From an uncultured Gammaproteobacteria bacterium (lineage in GTDB: Bacteria; Pseudomonadota; Gammaproteobacteria; SZUA-229), in assembly GCA_963807785.1 (NCBI GenBank), contig CAWEEC010000092.1, positions 6,309 to 70,308 of the forward strand: a stretch of DNA of 64,000 nucleotides, given 5' to 3'. Each line of letters opens with the position of its first letter. Within the stretch, counting starts at the first letter, position 1. The notes beneath the pieces are model-generated. The model worked only from the letters and a program-made list of their open reading frames with translations. It had not been told where the DNA came from and did not search any database. Both the position numbers and the translations under genes were made by a program. Positions 17,863 to 26,996 of this stretch are shown here, in pieces.

Positions 17863-18630
17863 CTATGGCAACATCCCGATCTCGACCATCCTTGCTTTTA
17901 ACTCGTAATCGCTTATCCAGAGAACGATATCATCAAACTCTCCGCCCGCCGTGGTGGTACCCGCTTCTGTTGGTGTACGGCTCAGAAACTCCGAGTTTGT
18001 ATCTGTATTGTTGATCTCGTCGAGATTTGCTGCCGGTATAGCCGGCCGTGCAACACCGTCAACACTCAAACCACCGTAGGTATTCTTACCATGCGTAAAG
18101 ATGACAGCGACAGCATTGGTTGCAACCAGTGGTGTTGTTGCACCATTCGCACTGCGGGTTCTGATTCGTCCGGTTCCCGCATCTGTCAGGCCAAACACAC
18201 TGCCCGCACCGCTGCCGTCATCTGAAAAGGCGGGATCCACCCAGTACCGGTACAGCGTGTTCCAGGAATCCGACGGTTTCAACCCCAATGTTCCCCAGGG
18301 CAAGTAACCCAGATAACCATCTGCTGCATCGGCATCACAGGTTCCAGTTGCTAAGTCTCTGTCTTCGAGTCCGCCATTTTCGCTATCACAATTGGTCTCG
18401 CACGGACAAGGCAGGAATGGACCGCCTGAACTGTAGACATATCCGAGGATCGCGTTTTTGATGATTTCAAGATCAGCCTGCGATTCAGCCCTTTTGGTCG
18501 TATCGATGCGCGCACCCAGGGTACCAAGGAAGCTTCCGATCAGCACACCAACAATGACAAGCACAATCGCGAGTTCGATCAATGTAAAGCCGGCTTGTTT
18601 ATGATTCATGGTCTTGATCATTATGGACAA
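17863..18630 (-). CDS. prepilin-type protein (pilin/pseudopilin), last gene of the filament operon
   Basis: MNHKQAG/FTLIELAIVLVIVGVLIG is a class III signal. The likely start is ATG 18609. Cys-rich globular part. Confidence 0.85.
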   Translation of the reverse strand: MSIMIKTMNHKQAGFTLIELAIVLVIVGVLIGSFLGTLGARIDTTKRAESQADLEIIKNAILGYVYSSGGPFLPCPCETNCDSENGGLEDRDLATGTCDADAADGYLGYLPWGTLGLKPSDSWNTLYRYWVDPAFSDDGSGAGSVFGLTDAGTGRIRTRSANGATTPLVATNAVAVIFTHGKNTYGGLSVDGVARPAIPAANLDEINNTDTNSEFLSRTPTEAGTTTAGGEFDDIVLWISDYELKARMVEIGMLP

Positions 18631-20081
18631 CTCACGACAGTTAACGGATCTGAATCTGTTATGCAGAAAGCTATATCATTGGCTGTTGGCGTGTAATTTC
18701 CGGTACCGTCCCCAACAGCATTATTCACTTCAATATAGTTTGCCAGTACGTTTTTTGTATCTACATCTCCGGCAAACGGTTCATTTCGCAACTGGGCACC
18801 GGTACGGCTGCCGGCATAGAGCACCACAGCGGCGTACTCATTAGCACCGACATCGATGCAGTTTGTGCCTACACAATTGGGCGCACCTGCATCGGCGATA
18901 CTGGTTGGTGCATAGTAGGCCGATACTGCGTAAAAAAAGTGATCTTTCCAGTTCTTCCATAACGTATATCCTTTAGCCCCCGAGCCTGTATTCAAATCTA
19001 TGTTCGGTCCACCGCCAACCACCAGTGAGTCACAATAACCTTTGTCAAACAGGAATGGCACTGCATCATTTGGTGCATTGGCAGCACCTAACGCTGCATC
19101 AGAATCGTCGACAGTATGCGGATAGCGCCCCAGGTAACTTACAGCCACTGTATCATCATAGTTTCCATCCAGCCTGTAATCCAGTCCGGCGAAATCTACA
19201 GCTACGGGCCTGGGTAGTTTGCGATTACCGCTGTTATTACCATAGGCAGCGATACACAGCGCCAATGCCTGCGTCAGCCGCCTCATCGCACTGTCCGCAC
19301 TGGTCATAAAATCCCGCCTCTTTGTAATGGCGTCCCATAGTTCCTGCCGAGTAATAGTGACCAGCTGGTCATTGTAAGGCACCGGCAGCTGGTCCGTATC
19401 CACACCCCGGTTGATTACATCGTCTATAGATAGTGCCGCGCCGGAAAGTGTCGAATTATCATAAACGCCATCGCCCTCCAGATAGTTCGCCGGCGTATAA
19501 TCAAGGCCACACTGCGATGTAATATCGAAAGTTCTGGCCTGTCCGGACAGCGCAACTGATGGATCATACAATACTGCCACAACTCGATCTTCTGCAAATG
19601 CTCCTGTTTTTAGATTAGCTTGAGCATCGTATACCCGGAACGCGCCATTTGAGTCTTCATTCAACATGTCCGGCAGAGTCGACACCGCGTCCTTGTACTC
19701 ACCTGATACCGCATACCAGAGGCAATTACCGCTACCCGACTTCAGTATGCCTGTTTCCAGGCTGGCCCATGGAAACAGCCCTAGCGTATTCACTTGCTTG
19801 CTTCCACACGTACCATGGCTACCACCTTCGACAATGGCATCAATACCCGTATCCGGGCAGGGCAGGAAGCCATATTCACCTGGATTACTGTCTTCATACA
19901 ATACCGCGAAATCGAGTAATGCCTGTTTTGCCCGGTTTAAAGATGTTTGTGTTGTCTGTGTCTGTTCGAGACGGAAATATTCTATTGGTACTTTTCTAAA
20001 CAGATAAACAATCGCAGCAAGAGAAATCACGATGACAAAGATTAGTAGCGCGATTCCTTTTTGCCCTGAGACATTGTCCAT
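18621..20081 (-). CDS. large (486 aa) minor-pilin-like protein with a PilX/GspK-like N-terminal anchor
   Basis: I prefer start ATG 20081 (MDNVSGQKGIALLIFVIVISLAAIVYLF). There is a hydrophobic N-terminal helix but no G/F cleavage motif. It shares a Cys-containing module with the 255-aa pilin. Confidence 0.6.
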   Translation of the reverse strand: MDNVSGQKGIALLIFVIVISLAAIVYLFRKVPIEYFRLEQTQTTQTSLNRAKQALLDFAVLYEDSNPGEYGFLPCPDTGIDAIVEGGSHGTCGSKQVNTLGLFPWASLETGILKSGSGNCLWYAVSGEYKDAVSTLPDMLNEDSNGAFRVYDAQANLKTGAFAEDRVVAVLYDPSVALSGQARTFDITSQCGLDYTPANYLEGDGVYDNSTLSGAALSIDDVINRGVDTDQLPVPYNDQLVTITRQELWDAITKRRDFMTSADSAMRRLTQALALCIAAYGNNSGNRKLPRPVAVDFAGLDYRLDGNYDDTVAVSYLGRYPHTVDDSDAALGAANAPNDAVPFLFDKGYCDSLVVGGGPNIDLNTGSGAKGYTLWKNWKDHFFYAVSAYYAPTSIADAGAPNCVGTNCIDVGANEYAAVVLYAGSRTGAQLRNEPFAGDVDTKNVLANYIEVNNAVGDGTGNYTPTANDIAFCITDSDPLTVVSCP

Positions 20082-20106
20082 ATGAATTGCTTTCACGATC
20101 AAGGTA

Positions 20107-20538
20107 TTACTGGTAATTGTCCTTGACCTGATCTTCCCCCTGAGACCAGCTCTGTCCGGGCTTGATTTGTATACGCTTGCCATCGACTCTTACCGGAACC
20201 TTATAGGTTTCTCGATCAGCTGCCTTCGGATTAACCTTCACACCTTTACTGAAGCCGTTATCAAGCGTACTTTCACCATTGACCCAGACCACATTTTCTC
20301 CATTACTTCTCATCATGACACCGTTGACTCTCACGTTTGTTGTCGCGCTGCTCTGCTCTGCCTCTTCCTGATAAGTGCCGCGCCTTACCGCATCCAGTTT
20401 TTGCCTCTGCCCAGCGTCAGTAAAAAGCCGCCCCAGCTTATCTATTTCGTCAGCAGAAACCGCCGGGCCAGAAATCAGCAGTATGGCTGATATCAGTAAA
20501 AATGCGGATCGACCGGACAGCAATTGAATAGTATTCAT
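20107..20538 (-). CDS. small secreted protein in the MshK/PilP position
   Basis: 143 aa with a signal peptide and a beta-rich C-terminus. The assignment rests on gene position only. Confidence 0.4.
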   Translation of the reverse strand: MNTIQLLSGRSAFLLISAILLISGPAVSADEIDKLGRLFTDAGQRQKLDAVRRGTYQEEAEQSSATTNVRVNGVMMRSNGENVVWVNGESTLDNGFSKGVKVNPKAADRETYKVPVRVDGKRIQIKPGQSWSQGEDQVKDNYQ

Positions 20539-20540
20539 GG

Positions 20541-21161
20541 CTAACTCTTCTCTGCTTTTTTTAGCGTATACCAGCTAAGCTCACAATAGGCTCTCATATT
20601 ATCTGCAGCCTCCTGATCGATTTCACCATGATGAATATTTTTATTAATCAGCTCGATATCGCATTTGTCTACAGAAACAAGGCCTTTTGCTTCCCTCTTT
20701 AATGTGCTCAACATTGCAAACAGATCCCCTTCATGAAGGAATTTCATATCGAGCGTCATCATGCTTTTAAATACGTCGATCCCTTTATATTTTTTGTCCA
20801 GGGCTTTTTTGTCAAGCAACTTTTGGCTGGCAATATTGTATTTGACTGATGTCATACCCCTTGACTCGGCAACACGTTGCACGATCTCTAACCAGCTAAG
20901 CCTGTTTTCATCACCTATGACTGAGTTACTTATCAGCTTTTTAAATGTATCTTCATGCTCAACAAGAATCTGGTTGTTCCGGTTAGCTTCGTCGATCTTG
21001 TTTCTCCAGCTATGCATTTCTCTCTTCATTTTGCTGTTTTCGTCGTTTGCCGTGTTTTTATACATACCAGACAATGTCACCACAGTTACCATTAACAACA
21101 GAACGCTTGTAAAAAGCACAAGGGGTTTTTTAATACTTCGATGAATGCTTAGCCTATACAT
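20541..21161 (-). CDS. bitopic inner-membrane protein, MshJ/PilO/GspM-like
   Basis: 206 aa with one N-terminal TM helix, a coiled coil and a periplasmic domain. Overlaps the upstream gene by 8 nt. Confidence 0.45.
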   Translation of the reverse strand: MYRLSIHRSIKKPLVLFTSVLLLMVTVVTLSGMYKNTANDENSKMKREMHSWRNKIDEANRNNQILVEHEDTFKKLISNSVIGDENRLSWLEIVQRVAESRGMTSVKYNIASQKLLDKKALDKKYKGIDVFKSMMTLDMKFLHEGDLFAMLSTLKREAKGLVSVDKCDIELINKNIHHGEIDQEAADNMRAYCELSWYTLKKAEKS

Positions 21162-22767
21162 GTTCAGGCGCCTTCATTACAACCTGGAGTGAAAACTGTC
21201 CACTTTTACTGCTTTGCGCACTCTGTGGAATTCCAGCCATAAACCGGCTTTCAGCGGAAAATTTCTTTTCCGGTCTGACTTCGACTGGCAGATTGATTGC
21301 CCTGACTTCTTCTACACGCTCACTGTTGCCGAGTGTAGAAATTATTTTGTTTATACTATTTACTGAATCCCTGTAACTACTGCTATCGAGCGGGATTCGA
21401 CCTGTTATAACTGCAACATGCTGTACTTCACTGGATGACGTGACATCCGTCGGTTTGTATAGCTTTTCTGGCTCTGACCTTCTATTACGCGCTTTCTTGT
21501 GTTTAGCATCATCGACTTGCCTGGTTGACCATTCAATCTTGTCTATATAAATACGACCAATTTTGGGATCGCCCACCAACTGGCTGAAGGCAACCATGAA
21601 GTTTAGTGGGGTTGTCTGACTATTGGTCTCTATTTGCTCAACCATGTCGACTGCCAGATCCATCAGGTTAGCATTCGAAAACAGCTCTTCGTATGCTGCG
21701 TATTTTTCCTCGTAAACACGCTTGAACTCATCTGTACGCTCGTTCAGTAGTGCTGTTGACTCTTTAAATGATATACCTTCGGATATGTTTGCCTCAGTCA
21801 TCAATAGTGAGACTATGATGATCAGTACGGATGCCGTATATAGTGCATTTGATGCAAGCGCATAGTAAAAGCGGCTGAATTCGTACCTGTGGCCATAATG
21901 ACTGGATGCGCTGTATTTATTTGCAGCAATACAGGCAAATAGTCCATCCGAGAACTTGTCGGGCAGGCCTTTAATGCCCAGCTTTGCAGTCACATCATTT
22001 AATCGGTGCACATGGTAATCGTTGAAATGATCAGAAGCGAATGCGCTTTCCAGTGAATCAATCTGCGCATTCGAGCCAATTATATGCACATGTATCATGT
22101 CAGTATCCTTTATCTGATACTGATTTCTTATATATGTCAGAGTTCTTTCTACTTCTGGTTTTGCATGTGAGCCAATATTGCTAATATTGCTAGCGTCCTG
22201 ATTGATTACAGATTGCCTGCTGGATAACATTTTCCCATCTTTAAACAATGTCTGCCTGAGATTACTATTGACCTGCTGACTTACAAGCAGCACATAACCT
22301 TTTTTTGCACCAATAACTGGAAGAATATAATTGCTGATTAATGGCAGGCTCCAGATGCCTGACAAAGGGACATCACACTCTTCGATAATTCTTATCCACG
22401 GCCTGATCAGTTCCGGATTTGTTATTGCCGCTAACAATACCTCATCATCCTTACGCCCGCTTTTCTGTCGCCCCTGAATTTCAGAGTATGTATACTGCCT
22501 GCTGGACCTGTAATGCCTGTCTATCAGTCTTGATATTACGGCTTTTCTGTCCTTACCATACACATGTGGTATCACGTCCTTTCTGAAATCTTCTTCAATA
22601 ACATCCAGCAATAACCCGGTTGGTGTTTTCGCCGATGACTCAAGATACTGTCTGAATTTTTCGTAACCATCTACATTTGACTCAAACGAGCACGCACCTT
22701 CCAGTTTTTTCCTGCTCCAGTGAAAAACTGTTAGTCGATGGCCTGAAAAATAGAATATTCTCTTCAT
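21154..22767 (-). CDS. MshI/GspL-like assembly protein (cytoplasmic domain + TM + periplasmic domain)
   Basis: 537 aa. Central TM helix (ALYTASVLIIIVSLLM) at ~aa 310, with soluble domains on both sides. It follows gspF, as platform-associated components do. Confidence 0.45.
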   Translation of the reverse strand: MKRIFYFSGHRLTVFHWSRKKLEGACSFESNVDGYEKFRQYLESSAKTPTGLLLDVIEEDFRKDVIPHVYGKDRKAVISRLIDRHYRSSRQYTYSEIQGRQKSGRKDDEVLLAAITNPELIRPWIRIIEECDVPLSGIWSLPLISNYILPVIGAKKGYVLLVSQQVNSNLRQTLFKDGKMLSSRQSVINQDASNISNIGSHAKPEVERTLTYIRNQYQIKDTDMIHVHIIGSNAQIDSLESAFASDHFNDYHVHRLNDVTAKLGIKGLPDKFSDGLFACIAANKYSASSHYGHRYEFSRFYYALASNALYTASVLIIIVSLLMTEANISEGISFKESTALLNERTDEFKRVYEEKYAAYEELFSNANLMDLAVDMVEQIETNSQTTPLNFMVAFSQLVGDPKIGRIYIDKIEWSTRQVDDAKHKKARNRRSEPEKLYKPTDVTSSSEVQHVAVITGRIPLDSSSYRDSVNSINKIISTLGNSERVEEVRAINLPVEVRPEKKFSAESRFMAGIPQSAQSSKSGQFSLQVVMKAPEHV

Positions 22768-22779
22768 ATGATTAACCGA

Positions 22780-23988
22780 TTACATTTTGACACTGGAAAC
22801 AGCATCATAAACGGGGCCTAATACAGCCATCATTATCCACATCATGATACCGCCAAGTATTATGGTGAGTATCGGCATCATAGCTGGCTCAAGCTTATCT
22901 ATCGATTCTTTCACTTCCCTGTTATAGAAGTAACTTACATTTAGTAATGCCTCATCCATTGCCCCCGTATCTTCACCGACTTTGAGCATACGAACGATCA
23001 TGGATGGAAACACGCCGATACTTTCAAAACTTTCACTTATCTGCGATCCTTCGGCTATGCTCTTTCTCGCCCTGTTAATGGAGTCCTCGAGCACAAGATT
23101 ATCAACCATATCTTCAGATATTCTCAGTGCGTCAAGCACAGTAATTCCCGAGCTGTACATCATCGCAAAATAGTTAGCAAAACGTGCCAGTTTGATTTTT
23201 GAAGCTAATGGACCTATTAACCAGATTTTCAATTTCAGGCCGTCTAGAAAGTACCTCAATGCAACACTGTTCCTGGCCGAAGCAATCACTATGAAATACA
23301 TTATTATTGGTGCTGTAAATATCAGATACCAGTAGTTCACAAATGCATCAGATATGTTCATCAAAATTATTGTATACAGGGGGATCTCTGTGCCGATATT
23401 TTTAACGAAAGGCAGTAATTGTGGCATCAGGTAGATCATCAGGAAACTCACTACACTTAATACAACAACAGTCACAATAGCAGGATAAATCATGATTTTC
23501 TTAGTATGCGAAGCCAGCTCATCCTGCCACATGGTGGTTTCTGCAAGGTCTCTTAGCACTTCTGGCAGGTTGCCTGTTTCTTCACCAACACGAACCAGCG
23601 TTACGTACACCTTGTCAAATATTTGTGGGTGTTCTAATAATGCCAGCGAAAGCGTTTTACCACCTTCAATATCATCGATTACTGTTTGCAACACATCGGT
23701 GAAGTGACTGTACTCTATGCTGTCCCTGATATCTTTAAGGCTATCCAGTAAAGGAACGCCAGATTTGGTAAGCTGCTCAACATGGAAAGTAAAATTTATC
23801 AGCTCTCGTCTAGATATCGTTTTCTTTTGCAGAATGGATCTTGATATCCTACTGTGTTCTTTATAACTAAGCAGGTCAAAACCCATGCTGCCCAGTCTTT
23901 TTTCAAGCTCCATCGGATTACTGGCGACCATGGTGTCAGAGCGCACTTTTCCTGCAGCATCGATAGTCTTGAATTTATAATCCGGCAT
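22780..23988 (-). CDS. type IV filament platform protein (GspF/PilC/MshG family)
   Basis: 402 aa with the duplicated T2SSF domain architecture and three TM segments. Confidence 0.9.
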   Translation of the reverse strand: MPDYKFKTIDAAGKVRSDTMVASNPMELEKRLGSMGFDLLSYKEHSRISRSILQKKTISRRELINFTFHVEQLTKSGVPLLDSLKDIRDSIEYSHFTDVLQTVIDDIEGGKTLSLALLEHPQIFDKVYVTLVRVGEETGNLPEVLRDLAETTMWQDELASHTKKIMIYPAIVTVVVLSVVSFLMIYLMPQLLPFVKNIGTEIPLYTIILMNISDAFVNYWYLIFTAPIIMYFIVIASARNSVALRYFLDGLKLKIWLIGPLASKIKLARFANYFAMMYSSGITVLDALRISEDMVDNLVLEDSINRARKSIAEGSQISESFESIGVFPSMIVRMLKVGEDTGAMDEALLNVSYFYNREVKESIDKLEPAMMPILTIILGGIMMWIMMAVLGPVYDAVSSVKM

Positions 23989-25704
23989 TTACATCAACCT
24001 CTGTGTCAGGTCGATAACACGTGAAACTTCCTGCAGTGATGTTTCTCCTTCAAGTACGCGCCGTATCGCATCGTCAGCCAGTGTCTTATAACCTGTTGAT
24101 TTAGCACAGGCTCGTAATTCGCCAAGCGTTGCGCGCTTGGCGATCTGCTCATCAAGCTGACTATCAATGCGTAATGCCTCGATGATAGCTACGCGGCCTT
24201 TATAACCGGTGTTATCACATTTTGCACAGCCGTCTGCCTCATATATAGTCAGCGCTTCGTTAACGTATTCAACACCAAGTAACTTGCTGTCAACATCATC
24301 GGCCTCCCTGGGTCTTTTACATGACGGGCAAAGCAGCCGCACCAGCCTCTGGCTGATAATTCCGATGATATTACCGGTCATGATATCCGGAAGCACGCCT
24401 ATATCCAGCAAACGTGGTATAGCGCCGATTGCCGAATTTGTATGTAACGTGGAAAGTACCTGGTGTCCTGTCATCGCGGCGCGGAAAGCCATATCAGCCG
24501 TGTCTTCATCACGAATTTCACCGACAAGAATAATATCCGGGTCCTGCCGCATCATGGATCGAATTCCATTAGCAAAATCCATACGTGCGACTTCGTTTAC
24601 CGATGTTTGCCTGATCATGTCAACCGGATATTCAACAGGATCCTCCAGTGTCATAATATTCACCTGTTCCGACTTGACGTAATTCAGCATGGAATACAAC
24701 GTCGTAGTCTTACCACTTCCGGTAGGCCCTGTTACCAGGATGATTCCTTCCGGCCTTGCCATCATCAATCTCAATGTGTGCAGGGTGGAATCATTAACAC
24801 CAAGCCTGTCCAGAGGTACAATACCTTTAGCGCGATCAAGTACACGAAGTACGATATTTTCGCCGTGGGTTGTTGGTTGTGCAGAAACACGAAAGTCAAC
24901 ACGATGTCCCTGTACCTGCAAACTTAACCTGCCATCCTGCGGTATCCTGGTTTCGGCTATGTTCATGTTAGACACCACCTTCAGGCGAACAACAATCGCC
25001 GACCAGTAGTCTTTATGCAGACTGCGAATCTGGCGCAATACACCATCTATGCGGTAACGCAGCCTTAAGAATCCGTCTTCGGGTTCAAAATGAATATCTG
25101 AAGCTTCGCGCTTGACGGCATCAGCCAATATCGCGTCTACCAAACGCACCAGAGGCTGGCTGTACTCATCATCTATCGCATCAAGACTCTTGTAATCAAT
25201 CTCTCCTGTTTCGATTTCATGCAAAATGCCATCGACTGACAACTCGTAACCATAAAACTGGTCAATGGCTTTTTTAATTTCACCTACACCAGCGACCAGC
25301 GGTATAATTTCGACCTTGCGTCCAACCAGCGCATGGATCCTGTCCTGCACCATCAAGTCAGAAGCATTCTTCATCGCAATTTTCAGCTGCTGGGCTACTT
25401 CATCAAAACTGACCGGGATGATGGTGTGGCGATCGGCAATTTCTTTCGGAATCATAGCAAGCGCGCCCTGATCGGGAATTACATTACCAAGGTCTACACT
25501 ACCAACACCCAGAATCTTGCCAAGCACATCGCGCATGACAGATTCGGAGACAAAACCCAGGGAAACGAGAATTTCACCTATCAGGCGCCCGTTTTTTTTC
25601 TGCTCGGTTAATGCGATCTCTACCTGGTCATAAGTCACCAGGCCTTTCTCAATCAGCTCTTCACCGAGTCGCTTTTTTTTCTTTATAATTGCTGGCGCGT
25701 TCAT
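23989..25704 (-). CDS. type IV filament assembly ATPase (GspE/MshE family) with MshEN-type N-terminal domain
   Basis: Walker A GPTGSGKTTT, Asp and His boxes, tetracysteine CPSC...CAKC, and N-terminal RLGEELIEKGLVTYDQVEIALTEQ. Confidence 0.93.
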   Translation of the reverse strand: MNAPAIIKKKKRLGEELIEKGLVTYDQVEIALTEQKKNGRLIGEILVSLGFVSESVMRDVLGKILGVGSVDLGNVIPDQGALAMIPKEIADRHTIIPVSFDEVAQQLKIAMKNASDLMVQDRIHALVGRKVEIIPLVAGVGEIKKAIDQFYGYELSVDGILHEIETGEIDYKSLDAIDDEYSQPLVRLVDAILADAVKREASDIHFEPEDGFLRLRYRIDGVLRQIRSLHKDYWSAIVVRLKVVSNMNIAETRIPQDGRLSLQVQGHRVDFRVSAQPTTHGENIVLRVLDRAKGIVPLDRLGVNDSTLHTLRLMMARPEGIILVTGPTGSGKTTTLYSMLNYVKSEQVNIMTLEDPVEYPVDMIRQTSVNEVARMDFANGIRSMMRQDPDIILVGEIRDEDTADMAFRAAMTGHQVLSTLHTNSAIGAIPRLLDIGVLPDIMTGNIIGIISQRLVRLLCPSCKRPREADDVDSKLLGVEYVNEALTIYEADGCAKCDNTGYKGRVAIIEALRIDSQLDEQIAKRATLGELRACAKSTGYKTLADDAIRRVLEGETSLQEVSRVIDLTQRLM

Positions 25705-25706
25705 GA

Positions 25707-26960
25707 CTATTGAATGGCCCCCAGATAAGCCAGTCTGCTTTTAACAGCATCTGGAGAAAAACTGATATTCTTGCCATTGGCAAGCTTCAAACTGTCTTCA
25801 TAATAGGCCCTGGCTTCCCTGTATTTGCCAAGATGATCCAGGCTGACAGCCAGGTTATAGGCGTAATCAGGGTTCTCACCATCAACTTTCCATGCGTTAA
25901 AAAAGGCCTGCTGTGCTTCTGGCCAGCTCTTTTTCTGTATATACAGATTGCCCAGTGCAAACTGCAGATTAGAATCGTCAGGCCGAAACTCTATTAACTG
26001 CTTAAGCCTGGTCTCGCTAAGTTCTGCTCCACTGGTTTGAGCAATGTTTGCAAGCCCGGCATGTGCATGCGGATCTCGTGGATCACGTTCCAGTAGTTGA
26101 ATGTATAGATCCCTGGCCGTTGCAGAATCACCCTGTTGCAGCGCCACAGCAGCCATTCCCAGCACAGCGTCATGATTATCTGGCTCCTTGTCCAGAACCT
26201 TTTCATATTCACGTCTTGCTGATTCATAATGCTTGCTCTGATACGCAAGCCAGCCACGTTGCAGTGCTTCACTTACCGGGTCACGCTTCTCTGCTTTTTG
26301 CACGCTAAATGTCTGTTTTGCCAACGGCACATCTCCAGGCCTGGCATCATTTATTGTTGATGTGCTGGCTGCAGCCCTGGCCTTTATTCCTTTCCTGGTG
26401 CTCGATTCTGTCTTGACGTTCGACTCGGGAACAACCGCCAGTGAGGTCAAATTTTCTTCGATTCTTGTTTTGGATTTGAGTGTTGCAAGCGCAATCTGGT
26501 GTTTACGCTGCATTGACTCCAGCTCATCCAGCATGTCGAAATAGAAATACAGGCCACCAATTGATAAAAGCAAAAGAGAACCAATCACCACACCACCCCA
26601 ACTCAGCATCCTTGACTTCTTGTGTTCGATATTTGTCTTATTTATGAGTAGCTTTAATGCCTCGTCAGTTACTGTTGTCGGCGTTTGTATTATGCGTTGC
26701 TGATGAAAACCAGCTTCTGACGTTTCATTAAACTCAGGCGATGCAGTATCCTGCATGGCAGCCGAAGCCAGATGCTGATCATCAAGCTCAAGCTCCTCAA
26801 GCAGCTCTAGATCTGGTTGCCTGCCCTTGTATTCGGGCTGCACCGGGTCTTGATCAAGCAGCAGCTCAGACTCATCACCCGACTCTGCCTGTAAATCTGC
26901 AGAATTCGCGCTTTGCTTCGCTTGAGCAGCTTTTTTCAGGGCATCCAGTAACAGGCTCAT
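25707..26960 (-). CDS. TPR-repeat protein with GspB-like N-terminus (MshN-like position)
   Basis: N-terminal MSLLLDALKKAAQ resembles the GspB/ExeB N-terminus. One TM helix at ~aa 120-140. The C-terminal ~180 aa hold TPR repeats. Confidence 0.6.
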   Translation of the reverse strand: MSLLLDALKKAAQAKQSANSADLQAESGDESELLLDQDPVQPEYKGRQPDLELLEELELDDQHLASAAMQDTASPEFNETSEAGFHQQRIIQTPTTVTDEALKLLINKTNIEHKKSRMLSWGGVVIGSLLLLSIGGLYFYFDMLDELESMQRKHQIALATLKSKTRIEENLTSLAVVPESNVKTESSTRKGIKARAAASTSTINDARPGDVPLAKQTFSVQKAEKRDPVSEALQRGWLAYQSKHYESARREYEKVLDKEPDNHDAVLGMAAVALQQGDSATARDLYIQLLERDPRDPHAHAGLANIAQTSGAELSETRLKQLIEFRPDDSNLQFALGNLYIQKKSWPEAQQAFFNAWKVDGENPDYAYNLAVSLDHLGKYREARAYYEDSLKLANGKNISFSPDAVKSRLAYLGAIQ

Positions 26961-26996
26961 GTTTATACGCTTGCTCGATATTATTCAAAATGGTAT

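Noticed and set aside
20082-20183. N-terminal 34-aa extension of the large pilin-like ORF (start at 20183).
   Set aside because: It would overlap the upstream 143-aa gene by 77 nt and adds a basic, non-hydrophobic leader. The internal ATG at 20081 begins directly at the PilX/GspK-like hydrophobic anchor.
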